From assembly GCF_964355755.1 (NCBI RefSeq), contig NC_092670.1, positions 33,964,388 through 34,028,387 on the forward strand: a DNA stretch of 64,000 nt, in the 5' to 3' direction. Position numbers and translations under genes: made by a program. Shown piece by piece: positions 39,727 through 52,408 of this stretch. Within the stretch, counting starts at the first letter, position 1, and each line of letters opens with the position of its first letter. The notes beneath the pieces are model-generated. The model saw nothing but the letters and a program-made list of their open reading frames with translations. It did no database searches and was not told the origin of the DNA. The DNA is from Antedon mediterranea (taxonomy: Eukaryota; Animalia; Echinodermata).

Positions 39727-40851
39727 AATGGACCTGAAATGGAATTTCGATTTTCAAGAAATTCACACATGTTATTTAAATGTATCAAATTAACACAAAC
39801 CCATACAAATAAAAACAAAATTTATAGTATTTTGAGTAAAAACGAAATTTTAAGATACCATGGTAAATTAGCGAAAATTACTCACGCCATTGCAATATTC
39901 TATTTCAACGGCCGTCGGAAGCCTCTATATTCACGACGTCACATATACACACGATGATATCGAGAGCGTGTATGCCGCCCGATAGTCAGTGAATGATCGA
40001 CGGCCTGGAAAAAGATACGCGAAGCGTTGACACTAGTACTAATTTATTCAATATCTAATGTTGTTGAAATATAGGTCCCTAAAATGTACTTCGTTTGTTC
40101 TAAAACCCGAATTTAGAAGGCCTACCTCCTTTTACTAGGCCTAGGCCCCCAATCCAGCGCGCGGAGTCGATCCACCACCCACATCATGCGGCGAGGCTCA
40201 GTTTCATGTGCATCCAAGGACCAAAGCGATATCAACAACTTGCGGCGCTCATTGTCAAGCCAAAGTAAAATATGAATAAAATTCGTTTTCGAACTGCCTG
40301 ATTCGTGACAAATAAATTATCATCTCATATTACTAATTTAATTCTGCTAAACTAAAAACTAAAGAAACTAACACATTTTAGCAGTATAAATTACGAACGA
40401 TATACAAAATACACGAACGGAAAATATGGATACGCATCATTGCGCACGGAGCTGTATCCCGGACAACGTTGCCAGGCCAACTTCGGTATTGCCAGAAAAA
40501 AACGTTGATTTTAAGATTTTAAATCGTCATTTACTCGATGAATAACCGTTTATACGGTAATAATTTTATCTAAAAAAATTTTAAATACGTTTCTGCATAT
40601 GCACAAGCATTTTTTAGAAAATACTCCATAGATTTCAAGAGTTATAGCCAAAAAACTGCAAATTGTCCATTGGAGGGATAGGAATATATTCGCAAAGTGA
40701 CGTCACCCGCGAATATTTTTGATTTTCAAATGGGGCTTTCCCCAAAAGGGCCAATTTATATTTTGTAACAATATACATTCTAGCAACACCTAATAGCCCC
40801 CAAAACATCATTCTAAAATGAAAAAAATCGAAAATCCATTTCAGGTCCATT
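39727..40851. mobile_element. Kolobok-like MITE copy 2 (inverted relative to copy 1)
   Basis: Same TIRs and TTAA TSD as 11607-12736. Confidence 0.85.
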
Positions 40852-41143
40852 TTAATGCGCACCTCTCAGCAATAATGTTCTCACGCGACGCTATTATTAA
40901 ACGCTTGTAATTTACAGCCGTACAGAATAAACGGTAATAACAAAATATCACGAAGCATAAACAATTCACAGAAAGAGAATTACAGCAAAGCCCTGCTGTT
41001 TTGGGGTAATCATACACACTGTTTATCACAGTGACTCATAAAAGTGCATACATTAATGCAGTAGAAAATGTAGTTACTGCAGTAATTGCAGTAGAATGAT
41101 ATTGACATGATTCCTTACGGCACAATGTTTCCTTCTCTTTCAG

Positions 41144-41395
41144 TCACGTTTGATTATTGTCAAGAAGATGAGATAATAAATAACACTGGTGCATTTCCAT
41201 ATTCATACACTATCCCAATGATGACAGCAATCCATTCAAACGGAATGACTGCAGACGTTCAGGTGACATCATCACCTGCCTATACTCCAGGTAGTGTTGT
41301 GAATTTTGGAGTAAATGCTGTTCTTAATCTGCAGTACACAGCATCAGCCACCGGTCGGGTTGATGTAATTTGTGAATTCTCTGTGACATTTTTGG
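41144..41395 (+). CDS. Internal exon, divergent HYR-like domain
   Basis: Polypyrimidine-CAG acceptor, G|GTAAG donor, 252 bp, phase 1-1. Encodes TFDYC...LQYTASATGRVDVICEFSVTF. Confidence 0.75.
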
Positions 41396-42934
41396 GTAAG
41401 TACAGCTTAAAAATTCATCTTTTCGCCTTAATGTAATGTTCCATGTATTCACAAAAAAAATATATTGGCAAGGACACAAACTCTTAGGACAGCTTATGTA
41501 TCACAAAGACCAGCCATGAATAACGTTATGTCTAAAGATACGGTACCGTATCTTTAGCAACGGTGCATGAATAAACGCCCACCCGCCAATCAAAGGTCAA
41601 TACAGGTAGGCCTAAGTTCCAAATACACGGTGTAATATGCGTTGTCACATTGATATACCGTGTGAAGCTGATTGTAAATGTTCATCTGGTTAGTAATTAT
41701 CAACAATGTGTAAAACATTCTCTTTGTCAAACCAATGATACGAATTGCGAAATTAGATGGTAAATACCTTACCAACCCAATTTGCCGACAAAATTAGTGT
41801 CATTACCTGTACATGGTGGTAGTCATGTTGTCTTATAGTGATAACGATGCAAAATATAAACCAAATTAAACATTATCTGTTAGTATTTTGTATTATTATT
41901 ACAAAAAAGAAAGAATTACAAAAATCTGACTTGTAGCTTTTGAAATATAGGGTCTAAAACATCGCCAAAAATTATCGTTCTTAGCCACGAAGAATCAATT
42001 TGTGGCCTCATAGTCGACAATTGTATTAACTACGCCATTATTGGTTAAAATTAATTACATATAATTACGTCATCTCGTCCGTACGTGCTAGATGATGATA
42101 AGATATTGTTTAACTACATTTTTTACTTGTTTGGTTATATGTAAGAAAATAAAAAATAGTTAATCTGAATGGAATGATATGTAAAAAAACAAACAATCAA
42201 AAGAATTATGTTTACAGTTCAATTATTGTCAGAATAATAGTTTATTCTTATTTGCCTAACTTTATTTTTTTCTCGGCACCTTTGTTTGCCGATGGACCGC
42301 GATTATGTGCCGACGGACACCAGAGCCGGCATGGAAGGAGGGAGGTCCCCTCGCCACGCCACTGCCTTTCTAAACGGTTTGATTGTTGTTCCTTTCACCA
42401 TGGAGAAATAAGTTAATTACTATTAATTCTCCATGCTTTCGCGAACAATTTCTTCAGAAGAATGACAACCTGTAATAAGACAGACTGACCTCTAGAGGGC
42501 CAATTCTGTCTACTTAGAAGGTCATAATGTGACTCAATTGGCCTCCATGTTTATGAAAATAGCGGCCATTTTGTTTATGCTAATTATGCAAATTGCTCAA
42601 TGCTGCACAGCCGTCCAGTAAAGTTAAACCGCTTGGCTGCCGGTGTAAGATTGAAATGTGTCCAGCATTCAAAAGTGTCCGGGCGGACACTTTTCAGCAT
42701 TGGATAGTAACCAGTTGCATGTTTCAGCGGGTTCGCGAGCGTTTTTCAACAATTTAATGCTGTCCAGGGCGTTTAATAATGTCTGACTACTATTAAAAAC
42801 TGTACGGGGAAATATTAGCGGCCAAGTAGGAACCCGGCCGTTTTAGGATAGGTGGTTGGGATTTGAGATTCAGGTTTTGATCGCGCATGCACTTGTCTTC
42901 TTTTAACGACCAATAATACTTAATGATTAATTAA

Positions 42935-43555
42935 ACACCTCCAATTAGGGACCAATATATTATTTGGTATGGGTAAAGACAAGAAGAATAAATAATTTTT
43001 AATTATGTGACAAAACAAGTAAATGAAGTGGTCCTCTTCCAATTAAAAATCACTTTACCTAAAACACCTCCAATTAGCAACCATTTATTAATTGGTAAGA
43101 GTAAAGACAAGAATAATAAAATAAGTTTTATTTATGTGACAAAATTAAGTAACTGTACTGGTCCTCTTCCAATTAAAGATTACTTTACTTATAGATACTT
43201 CCAATTAGTGAGCATTTTATTAATTGGTAGGAGTAAAGACAAGAATGATAAATAGTTTTAATTATGTGACAAAATACAAGTAATTGTACTGGTCTTCTTC
43301 CAATTAAAGATCACTTTACTTTTAGGCACCTCAAATTAGCGACCATTTATTAATTGGTAGGAGTAAAGACAAGAATATTAAATAGTTTTAATTATGTAAC
43401 AAAATCCAAGTAATTGTACTGGTCCCCTTCCAATTAAAGACCACTTTACTTAAAACACCTTCGATTAGCGACCATTTGAATATTTGGTAGGGTAACTGTT
43501 CTGGTCCTCTTCCATTTAAAGATCATTTTACTTAAAGACACCTCCAATTAGCAAC
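42935..43555. repeat. ~130-bp tandem repeat, about 4.7 units
   Basis: ACACCTCCAATTAG...GTAAAGACAAGAAT recurs at ~42935, 43064, 43194, 43326, 43455. Confidence 0.9.
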
Positions 43556-43740
43556 GATTATATTTTTTTTTTAAATTACGACGATTTACTTTAAATTGAT
43601 ATGTCTGTTCTGTAAATAACAGGTCGTATAATTTAAGACTATGGCTCCTTATATAACAATATTAATAATAATTATCTGGATCTACATATCCTTTTGTTTT
43701 GTTTTGCGATTCAAGTTGGTATTCTAAGGAACTATAATTA

Positions 43741-46452
43741 CCCTATTGCAGTCGGAAAGCCGCGTTGGTAACGCATCACTGATTTCATTCATTGTGAGGG
43801 CGCGCTTCGTGGAAAATGTTGGAATTTTTGCTATTTTAGTACACTTTGAAAATTGTATAATTTTGATATTAGATGAAATCAATAAACATATTTCAATAGT
43901 TGAACTACAAGCGTAAATAATGATAAAAACTGTGATCTAAATTCCACAGTTTTTTTGTTTCGAGAAATATCATTATTTTGTGTATAAACTTTTTTATTTA
44001 TATTTTTTTTTAAATGATGGTAAAAAATCATTAAATTTCATATTTTCTAGATAAGGTTTCAAAGCGAATTTAAAATCCTTTCAAGATAAACTATTAAGCT
44101 ATCTATTAAAATAAAAATCTAATTTTTAGCTTTCTTGGGATGCAACTCCCACTAATCAAACCAAACCTACTACATTTCTGTTCAGTTACGATCGAAAAAC
44201 CGCCATTTTGAAACTTTGTTTACGTTTTACGAAGCTGGTACGAATCGACCCGGACCGAATCGTGTCCCTGTTTAATCCGGTTGTTCATGCAGGCGTACTG
44301 CGTCACAGGCCTAAGGTTTCAATCTGCTGCCCGATTATTGTTCTATTTGGTTTCTGAGCTAGGAAAGGCCTACTTAGACTAGCTACTATAATTACTTACT
44401 TAACTTCTAGCCTAGCTAGGCCTAAAAATAGTATTTTCTAGGCCTAGTTAGACAGTAATTCTGATAGTAGTTTGTGTTATAGGGCCTATAGTAGCTGGAG
44501 TAGAAGTAGACATAATCTGGGTATTCCATAATCTAGGCTGGTAGGTCTATCCCAGCTCATATATACCAAGCAAGAAGAAGCCGGAAGAAGAACCTAGGCC
44601 CAGAAAAAATTACAAAAACTGTTAAAAAACAATAAATTGAAAAACAAAGTGCCAAAAAATAACCCATTTTCAATTTATATATAAATATGGTGGGGAATGT
44701 TATTTATAAAATTAGGCATCTTTTGTTTGAGAGACTCAACCATGTATTTTTATATGGTCATGTTTTAAAAAAAGATAATTATTAGCCCATCATTTACTTG
44801 AGTATTGTTAATTGGTTGGTACTTATAAGTATATCAATATCTGTCAGTAAATGTCACACTTTTATACAGAAATATTCTATTACTTTATTATATACAACTT
44901 ACATTTCACACAAGCAATCAATTTTTTCTTTTTATGTATACATATACAGAATGTGAACAAATACAACCTTTCAAACAATACTGATACAAATAGTAAATAC
45001 AACTACTGTATATAAAAACTTGCTTCTAATAGCACCTTGTTCATCAGACATAACAAACTAGCTAGGCCTAATACTGTAAATATAAAATATGCCACCATAT
45101 GTACTTTTTGAGATATCATTTTTACTTGAGTCTTACTGTTGTACTGATTTTATGATTGTTTTATGTTTATATTGTATGCATCTGTGCGACTCTGGTTAAT
45201 AAAGTAAATCAATCAATCAATTGCAACTTAATTTATATCTTTATAAAAATTTACTGATCTGAAACACTTCTACAACTTAAATGAATATAAATTTATATGT
45301 TATATTAGCGAATAAAATGAAAAACTATCAGCAATGATATTGAAATCGAGAAAACCACTTTACAGCTTCCACCGTCCAACCTCATATTGAAGAACGAGAT
45401 AGAAAATCTTTATACCAACAAAAAACCTGAAATGAAAATGAATAGCTGAAATGTAAAGAACTATTTAAATAATTGTCACTATGACGAAAACATTTTCTTA
45501 AATACTGTAATTATATAATTATTCCACAACCTGAAAACATATTCAGATAATATGACTGTACTGTAGGCCTACCATAAAAAAGCACTAAAAACAAAACTTC
45601 CTTGTGTCTGTATATTTATTGTATAATTATTAATACAGTAAATAAATTGTACCCATCAGTTGCCAATAATGAGGATATTTAACTATATGTCAGGCTGCGA
45701 TTGGATTAATTATCTTTTTAAAACCTTCCCAACACATCTTCAATATAGAGTAGGATTGTAACGAAACTTTAATAATACTAAATTGTAACTAAAGTATTTT
45801 AATTATCAACATGTTACTAAGGCTAAGCCTCTAGGCCGATATTACGACAACGATCCACCAGGTCGTGCACACACCACACCTGCAACAACCCCAATCAACA
45901 CACCATGCACCACACACGACGGAAATAGTGCCGCGAGACGTAACAATTATGTGAAATGAGGACCTTTTTTAAAATGTTCGCTGTAAGAAGCTTAAATAGG
46001 GTTTCAAGCCAATTTTAACGTAAAACAGACTATTGATACTTACTCTATCCATATACGCCGATTTTTTGGTAATTCACTGTATGGGATGCAAATCCCACTA
46101 ATGGAAAATTTGTAAACAAACACAAGTTAGAAAACTTCAGCTTTGACGGCTGCACACGAACTTTGGAAAGAAACTGTCACTGACAACAAATCCAACAAAT
46201 TATTCCGAAAATTAGGTGACCTGCGACATCTTAAACATATAAGGAACTGATTTTACCATATATGGTTAATTTTTTGCCTATTAATGTTTATTAAACAGCT
46301 ATAAAATGACGTATACTTTATGCTAATGTTTTCGCGCGAAACGTTGATGCCTCTGTGCCGAGAGAGGGCTTCTAAAATTAATGACGTCATGCGAAGTCGA
46401 AAATTTTGCGATAACGGTCATATTTCCCAACGCGGCTCTCCGACTGAATGGG
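43741..46452. mobile_element. Possible old piggyBac-like non-autonomous element
   Basis: Imperfect TIRs CCCTATTGCAGTCGGAAAGCCGCGTTGG / CCAACGCGGCTCTCCGACTGAATGGG. TTAA TSD is not preserved. Confidence 0.55.
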
Positions 46453-46815
46453 AGTTGGTAAAGTCCAGCGGCCTAGTTTTTACAGGGTTAAGGTGATGTG
46501 ACAGTCGATGGTCCTATTTTGATATCGATAAAAACTGCCCGGGTGGTTGCAACCATTTTCAACAGCTGGTGTTACACTATTCAATGCTGAAAATTGTCTC
46601 CACTTTTAAACACCGGACACATTTCAATCTTACACCTGTACCGGACTATTCGACTGATTGGTTGCTTTACCTTACCATGCACAAACCTAAACGTGGTTCG
46701 ATTATGTACATGGTTATTATTGTCCCTGTTGCCTGTCAGCAGACACGATACTGCATAGTGGTTTTTATTATCATAAAATAATCTGGTATGTTTATTCAAT
46801 GTATTTTTGAAATAG

Positions 46816-47073
46816 ATACTGGTGATCCCTACTACCCTGATTGTCCATCTGAACCATTGGTTTTTAATACAAGTGACTCTGACATGGCTGAGACAACGTG
46901 GAATGAACAAACGCCAACTGATGCATCTTCTGTTACAATATCCGAGTCAAGGCAGACTAAACCAGCTGAGACATCACCAGCTAACTTCCCAATAGGAGAG
47001 ACTAACCTCACATACACTGCTACTGATGGCAGTGGTAACATGGGATCTTGTATTATAACTATTAGAGTAATTG
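46816..47073 (+). CDS. Internal exon, HYR (hyalin repeat) domain
   Basis: TAG acceptor, G|GTAAG donor, 258 bp, phase 1-1. Encodes DTGDP..CP..TW..PTD..FPIGETNLTYTATDGSGNMGSCIITIRV. Confidence 0.9.
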
Positions 47074-47632
47074 GTAAGTAAATCGTTTGGGTAGTACTTA
47101 AAGGGTTAGCTCCGGGTATAAAGTATATATTTATTAGAAATTGAAATCATTTGCCAACAACATTTTGTTAACACCAGTTATTTTTCTTCAACGGAAAGTT
47201 AGAATGGGCATCGTGAAATAAGCTACTTCTTCAAAAGGTGGTGTTTTTCCACAAGATACAGCATGAAATCGGTGCTTTCAAAATAATAACATTCCTAAAG
47301 CTAGTGAACAATATGCCTGAGAAAATCAAAATGAGATGAGAATTTTTAGCGCAACATTTGAATATGCTACTAGTTGCAGAGAACAACTCTTTTCTCAAAT
47401 CTTGGCCAGTATGACTGGTACAACATAAAAAAATGGTTGTAAATTGTTGGTATTTAAAACTTCAGTCAAAGGTCAAAACATTTCTCTGACTGGGTTCATG
47501 TTCTATTGGACGTACAAGATCTAGTTCTTTCTTCATTTCTGAAAACGTTTTAATAGGCTACTCAAACTTTTTTTCCAAACTCGGTGAGTATGACTGGTAC
47601 AAGTCTACACCCCATTTATGTGCTACAAAAAA

Positions 47633-48154
47633 TACTAGAGGGTACTCCGAGAGTACAAACCTCCGCCTACTGTAAAATTCCACTACATAAAATTCCCCCT
47701 GAATATTTTTTTTTTACATTTTTTTTAATTAGTTCTAAGTTTAAATATGTTAACTGCACACTACAAAGTTGTGGATGACAGTGTGGTGTAATGGTTATGT
47801 ATCCAGCCTCTCACAGTTGAGATCGCTGGTTCAAGCCCTACTGAGAGGTTTTTTTTTTTTATTATTTTTTTATTTGTTTTTTTTTTTGTTTTTTGTGGAC
47901 CTTGATCTTTGACCCTGACCCTTCAAAATTTAACCACAATTATATGATGTGTCATTGATCATTGTGGCTAAGTTTGGTGAGAATCGGATCAAAACTGTGG
48001 TCTCTAGGCAGTAAAATAGTTTTTTGTTAGTTGTGACCTTGACCTATGACCTTTCCCTCTCAAATTCGAACTCGTCCGAGCTTTTTGGGCATGGATCATT
48101 GTGTCCAAATTTGGTTAGAATCGGATAAAAACTGTGGCCTCCAGGCTGTTCACA

Positions 48155-48202
<48 letters not shown>

Positions 48203-48249
48203 CAAACATACAGGGGTGAAAACATAACCTCCTTGGCGGAGGTAATAAT
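47633..48249 (-). mobile_element. Helentron-associated element family C copy 1, with (CA)n and an internal tRNA-like cassette
   Basis: Minus strand reads TTATTACCTCCGCCAAGGAGGTTATG..(GT)n..GGCGGAGGT-TTGTACTCTCGGAGTAC-CCTCTAGT (subTIR + 3' hairpin). Confidence 0.82.
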
Positions 48250-48282
48250 ATCGGGTTTTTTTTATACATTCTCTCCGTTTAG

Positions 48283-48543
48283 ATACTGGAGACCCTATTG
48301 TTACGGAGTATCCTAGGGACACAACAATTGATATAGAGTCTGGACAGCCAAAAGCTTTATACAACTGGACAGCTCCAGTTGCTACAGATAATTCTGGTAC
48401 TGTCATAGTCTTTTATGAAATCAACGGAATGACCTTTAGCAGTCCATCTTACGAATTTCCTATAGAACCCACCGTAGTAACAGTAAATGTGTCAGACCCA
48501 TCTGGAAACAGCGTCGCAGACATCTTTACAGTCACTGTTCAAG
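48283..48543 (+). CDS. Internal exon, cysteine-less HYR domain (absent from the ORF track)
   Basis: TTTAG acceptor, AAG|GTAAT donor, 261 bp open, phase 1-1. Encodes DTGDPIVTEYP..NWTAPVATDNSG..FPIEPTVVTVNVSDPSGNSVADIFTVTVQ. Confidence 0.88.
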
Positions 48544-49571
48544 GTAATATACAAGATACATAATATTTGTATGCACAAGTAACTTTTTTTCCCTGATACT
48601 TACAAGCAATATAGACGTATACAGAGGTTAGAACAAACAAGAAAAAATGAAGTTACATTTCAATGTCAACTTACACGCATGGGAAATGATCAAATAGCTA
48701 TAATGAATTGGCTTTTCTAAATTTCGCTACTGTAGTTTTGCTTTTATAACCTCTTGATCCACATTTCTTGTATTGTTGTTTAGTAGTACAAGTGAAATAA
48801 GGTATTTAAGGGTAGATTACTGTCGAACAAAAACTAGATGCTTACAGCATTTAGACTCCACCTAATGTAATTGAATACATTGTTTGTGGCTGCAATGATT
48901 ATTGACAATAAAGGTATGCGGATGAGAAATCACATTACATGTTATAACCACGAATACTTGCAAATTGTTAAACTGTGCTACGTAAATAAAGTTGTTTTAC
49001 ATCAACAGAAAGTGAAACTTGTTTGTAGGAGTAGGCCTACACCGACAAGTAGAGAAAATTAAAGCTTATTTTATTGAAAATCATCATTATTGTGTAAATA
49101 TCTATATTAAATTTACGTAAGGGCAAAATTCGGTAAATCGCGCCTTACTTCTACAATTTTTACTCGATGGTATATAAAGTTGGTTCGTACTTTCGGTACT
49201 GATTTTAACCACCTGATGTAACCCTGTTTACTAATTAAATTGAGTTAGATAATTAGTTATTGACGATTAAAACGAATTTAGGTTCAACGATTTGCCCCAA
49301 ATAGGGGTGTTTTCCGATCGGGGTATACACTGTCTAATGGATGTCCAACTTGAAAAATACCCGCACACAATAATACGAGGACGCTTCGCATTTTCCTATC
49401 TCCTCCTACGATAATTGTTTTTAATAGCTGAAAACCGGTTGAACTGCTCGAGTACAGCATCATAATGTTGAAGACAGGCCGATTTTCTTTAAAAAATACT
49501 ATTTTGATAGATTTAATTTACGATTTTACAAATGTATTGATTTGCGATGAATGGAACATTTCAATCTCTCA

Positions 49572-50672
49572 AGCTCCAGTCCCACCATCGGGTTTGTTCT
49601 TCATTCTTCCAAAGGGACTTGTATTGATTGATATGATGTCAGGAGAAGAGTGTCCTGTTCCCACAGTTATTTCTTTACTTGGTTACTAATGACCTACTTT
49701 TTGAATAGAATGCCAATATGCTTGCAATTTAGGAACAATCTTTTTTTTAATAGGTATTCAAGGATTTGCCAGAAAATGTACATTAGTGTTGACCAAAGCA
49801 ATGTTTTATTGTATTGTATATCAACCCTTGTGTTGAAATACTTTCTCTGCTTTGCTGTTCATTTATCATTCAGAATTCAAGTGTGATATTGTGTATCGTT
49901 TATAAAAATTAAAATGGATTTAGTGTTACTTTCGAAAGTTTTGATTATTTTGTATATGGTTGTTAAGTATCTAAATAAAAGCAATCAGAAGAAAAACAAC
50001 TGAAGAAACACAGTGTGGTTTAACGTATTATTCCATAACACTTCCCGATAATAATCGATTCTATAGACAATTTTAGTTTTGTCATTCTGACCTGTATACA
50101 TAGCCTTTCAATATTTTAACTGAACTGTGCTAAAAGCAAATGTATTCACTGGTCACCAAACCAAGAATGTTAATTGTTCTGTGGATGTACTGCACAGTAC
50201 CCCCATGTAGGTCACTAGTAGCCCCAATGGGATTAATAATAATGAATAAACAACCTGTTTCTCTATACAGTAATTAATATATAATTTATTTTTATTGATT
50301 ATGACTTTTATTAACACTTTATAATCTTTGTATTCCATTCAACTCCTAACTAAAATTGTTTCAGGTATCTATAATCAAAATATATATAGTGAACTATATT
50401 ACATCTCTCTGCTACAATATTCAGATGATGATCCCTACCAAGCAAAATTCCTGCCCATCTGATTGGCTACTGGTGTAAAAAACTGGTGTCAGTTTTGTTA
50501 ATAATAGGACACAATAGGACATGCAGTAAAACGTAAGTCACTATTTTCTCTCTTTTATACACAAGGGAGCAGTTAAAATAATAGATTTGACCCTAAAGGT
50601 GACTGGAAACAGGCACTTTCCATCAATCAATTAATACAGTGTCCCAGAAAAACCCGATGGTGGGACTGGAAC
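49572..50672. mobile_element. Harbinger-like MITE copy 1
   Basis: TIRs AGCTCCAGTCCCACCATCGGGTTT / AAACCCGATGGTGGGACTGGAACT. Confidence 0.78.
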
Positions 50673-50808
50673 TTTGAGTCTGCCAGTTTGGTTTAACACA
50701 AGTAGGTAAATTTATGAGCCCTTGGAGAATAAACTTGCAATACTTTGACAATACAGTACTGCAAATACTAAACCATTTTTGGTCGTCATTTGAATCGAAC
50801 ATTTCTTA

Positions 50809-51721
50809 AGCTCAGTTCCCACGATCGGTTTTTTTCTTCCGTCTTCCAAAGGAACACTGTATTGATTGATGGAAAGTGCCTGTTTCCAGTCACCTTTATG
50901 GTCAAATCTATTATTTTAACTGCTCCCTTGTGTATAAAAGAGAGAAAATAGTGACTTATAAGTTTTAGTGCATGTCCTATTATTGACGAAACTGACACCA
51001 GTTTTTTACACCAATAGCCAATCAGATGGGCAGGAATTTGGCTTGGTAGGGATCAACATCTGAATATTGTAGCAGAGAGATATAATATAGTTCACTATAT
51101 ATCTTTTGATAAAAAATACCTGAAATAACTTTAGTTAGGAGTTGAATGGAATACAAAGATTATAAAGTGTTATTAAAAGTCATAATATATTATATATTTA
51201 TATATAATTATAGATAAAATTATTATATTTTTCTATGTCTTCTACTTCCAGTTCCTTTATTAAATCATGGTATGCTCCATGGGATTTTCGCCGCTGTATC
51301 CATGGTTTCACCCACACACTGCGTTTCTTTTGCAATCGTTTTTTTCTTCTGCTTGCGTTTATTTAGTTCTCTTACCATATACAAAATGATCAAAACTTTT
51401 GAAAGTAACACTAAATCCATTTCGATTTGTATTAAGAATATACAATATCACAATTGAATTCTAAATGATAAATAGAATAGCAAAGCAGAGATCAGAGAAA
51501 GTATTTACACAATGGTTGACAAGGTCAATCCTTGAATACCTACAATATACAAAGATTGTCCCTAAATTGCAAGCTTATGACATTCTATTCAAAAAGTAGG
51601 TCATTAGTGACCAAATGAAGAAATGACTGTGGGATTGCAACACTCTTCTCCTGATGTCCTATCAATCAATACAAGTCCCTTTGGAAGACGGAAGAACAAA
51701 CCCGATGGTGGGACTGCAGCT
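50809..51721. mobile_element. Harbinger-like MITE copy 2 (inverted)
   Basis: AGCT termini and TTA TSD (empty site TTTCTTACTGTG at ~32473). The body is the reverse complement of copy 1. Confidence 0.78.
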
Positions 51722-51806
51722 TTACTGTGAATACTGTTAGATGTAAAAAAATATATACAAACATTTCTTACTGTGAATACTGTTAGATGTAAAAAAATAT
51801 ATACAA

Positions 51807-52408
51807 ACTAGAGGGTACTCCGAGAGTACAAACCTCCACCTACTGTAAAATTCCCCTACATAAAATGCCCCCTGAATATTTTTTGTTTTACATTTTTTTT
51901 AATTAGTTCTAAGTGTAAATATGTTAACTGCACACTACAAGGTTGTGGATGACAGTGTGGTGTAATGGTTATGTATCCAGCCTCTCACAGTTGAGATCGC
52001 TGGTTCAAGCCCCACTGAGGGGTTTTTTTTTATTATTATTATTTTATTTCTTTTTTTTTTGTTTTTTTGTGGACCTTGATCTTTGACCCTGACCCTTCAA
52101 AATTTAACCACAATTATATGATGTGTCATTGATCATTGTGGCTAAGTTTGGTGAGAATCGGATCAAAACTGTGGTCTCTAGGCAGTAAAACAGTTTTTTG
52201 TTAGTTGTGACCTTGACCTATGACCTTCCCCCTCAAATTCGAACTCGTCCGAGCTTTTTAGGCATAGATCATTGTGTCCAAATTTGGTTAGAATCGGATA
52301 AAAACTGTGGCCTCCAGGCTGTTCACAGACACACACACAAACACAAACACACACACACACACAAACATACAGGGGTATAAACATAACCTCCTTGGCGGAG
52401 GTAATAAT
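51807..52408 (-). mobile_element. Helentron-associated element family C copy 2
   Basis: Near-identical to 47633-48249. It abuts the start of the segmental duplication. Confidence 0.82.

Larger units (their letters stand above)
49101..51806 (+). mobile_element. Non-autonomous Helitron copy carrying two MITE insertions
   Basis: A|TCTATATTAAATTTACGTAAGGGC start. The Helitron sequence resumes at ~50676-50808 and 51722-51806, as in the 31640 copy. Confidence 0.8.

Noticed and set aside
48044-48406. ORFs with CVCVCV/HTHTHT runs (also 52178-52384)
   Set aside because: Translation of the (CA)n microsatellite and antisense of the HYR exon.
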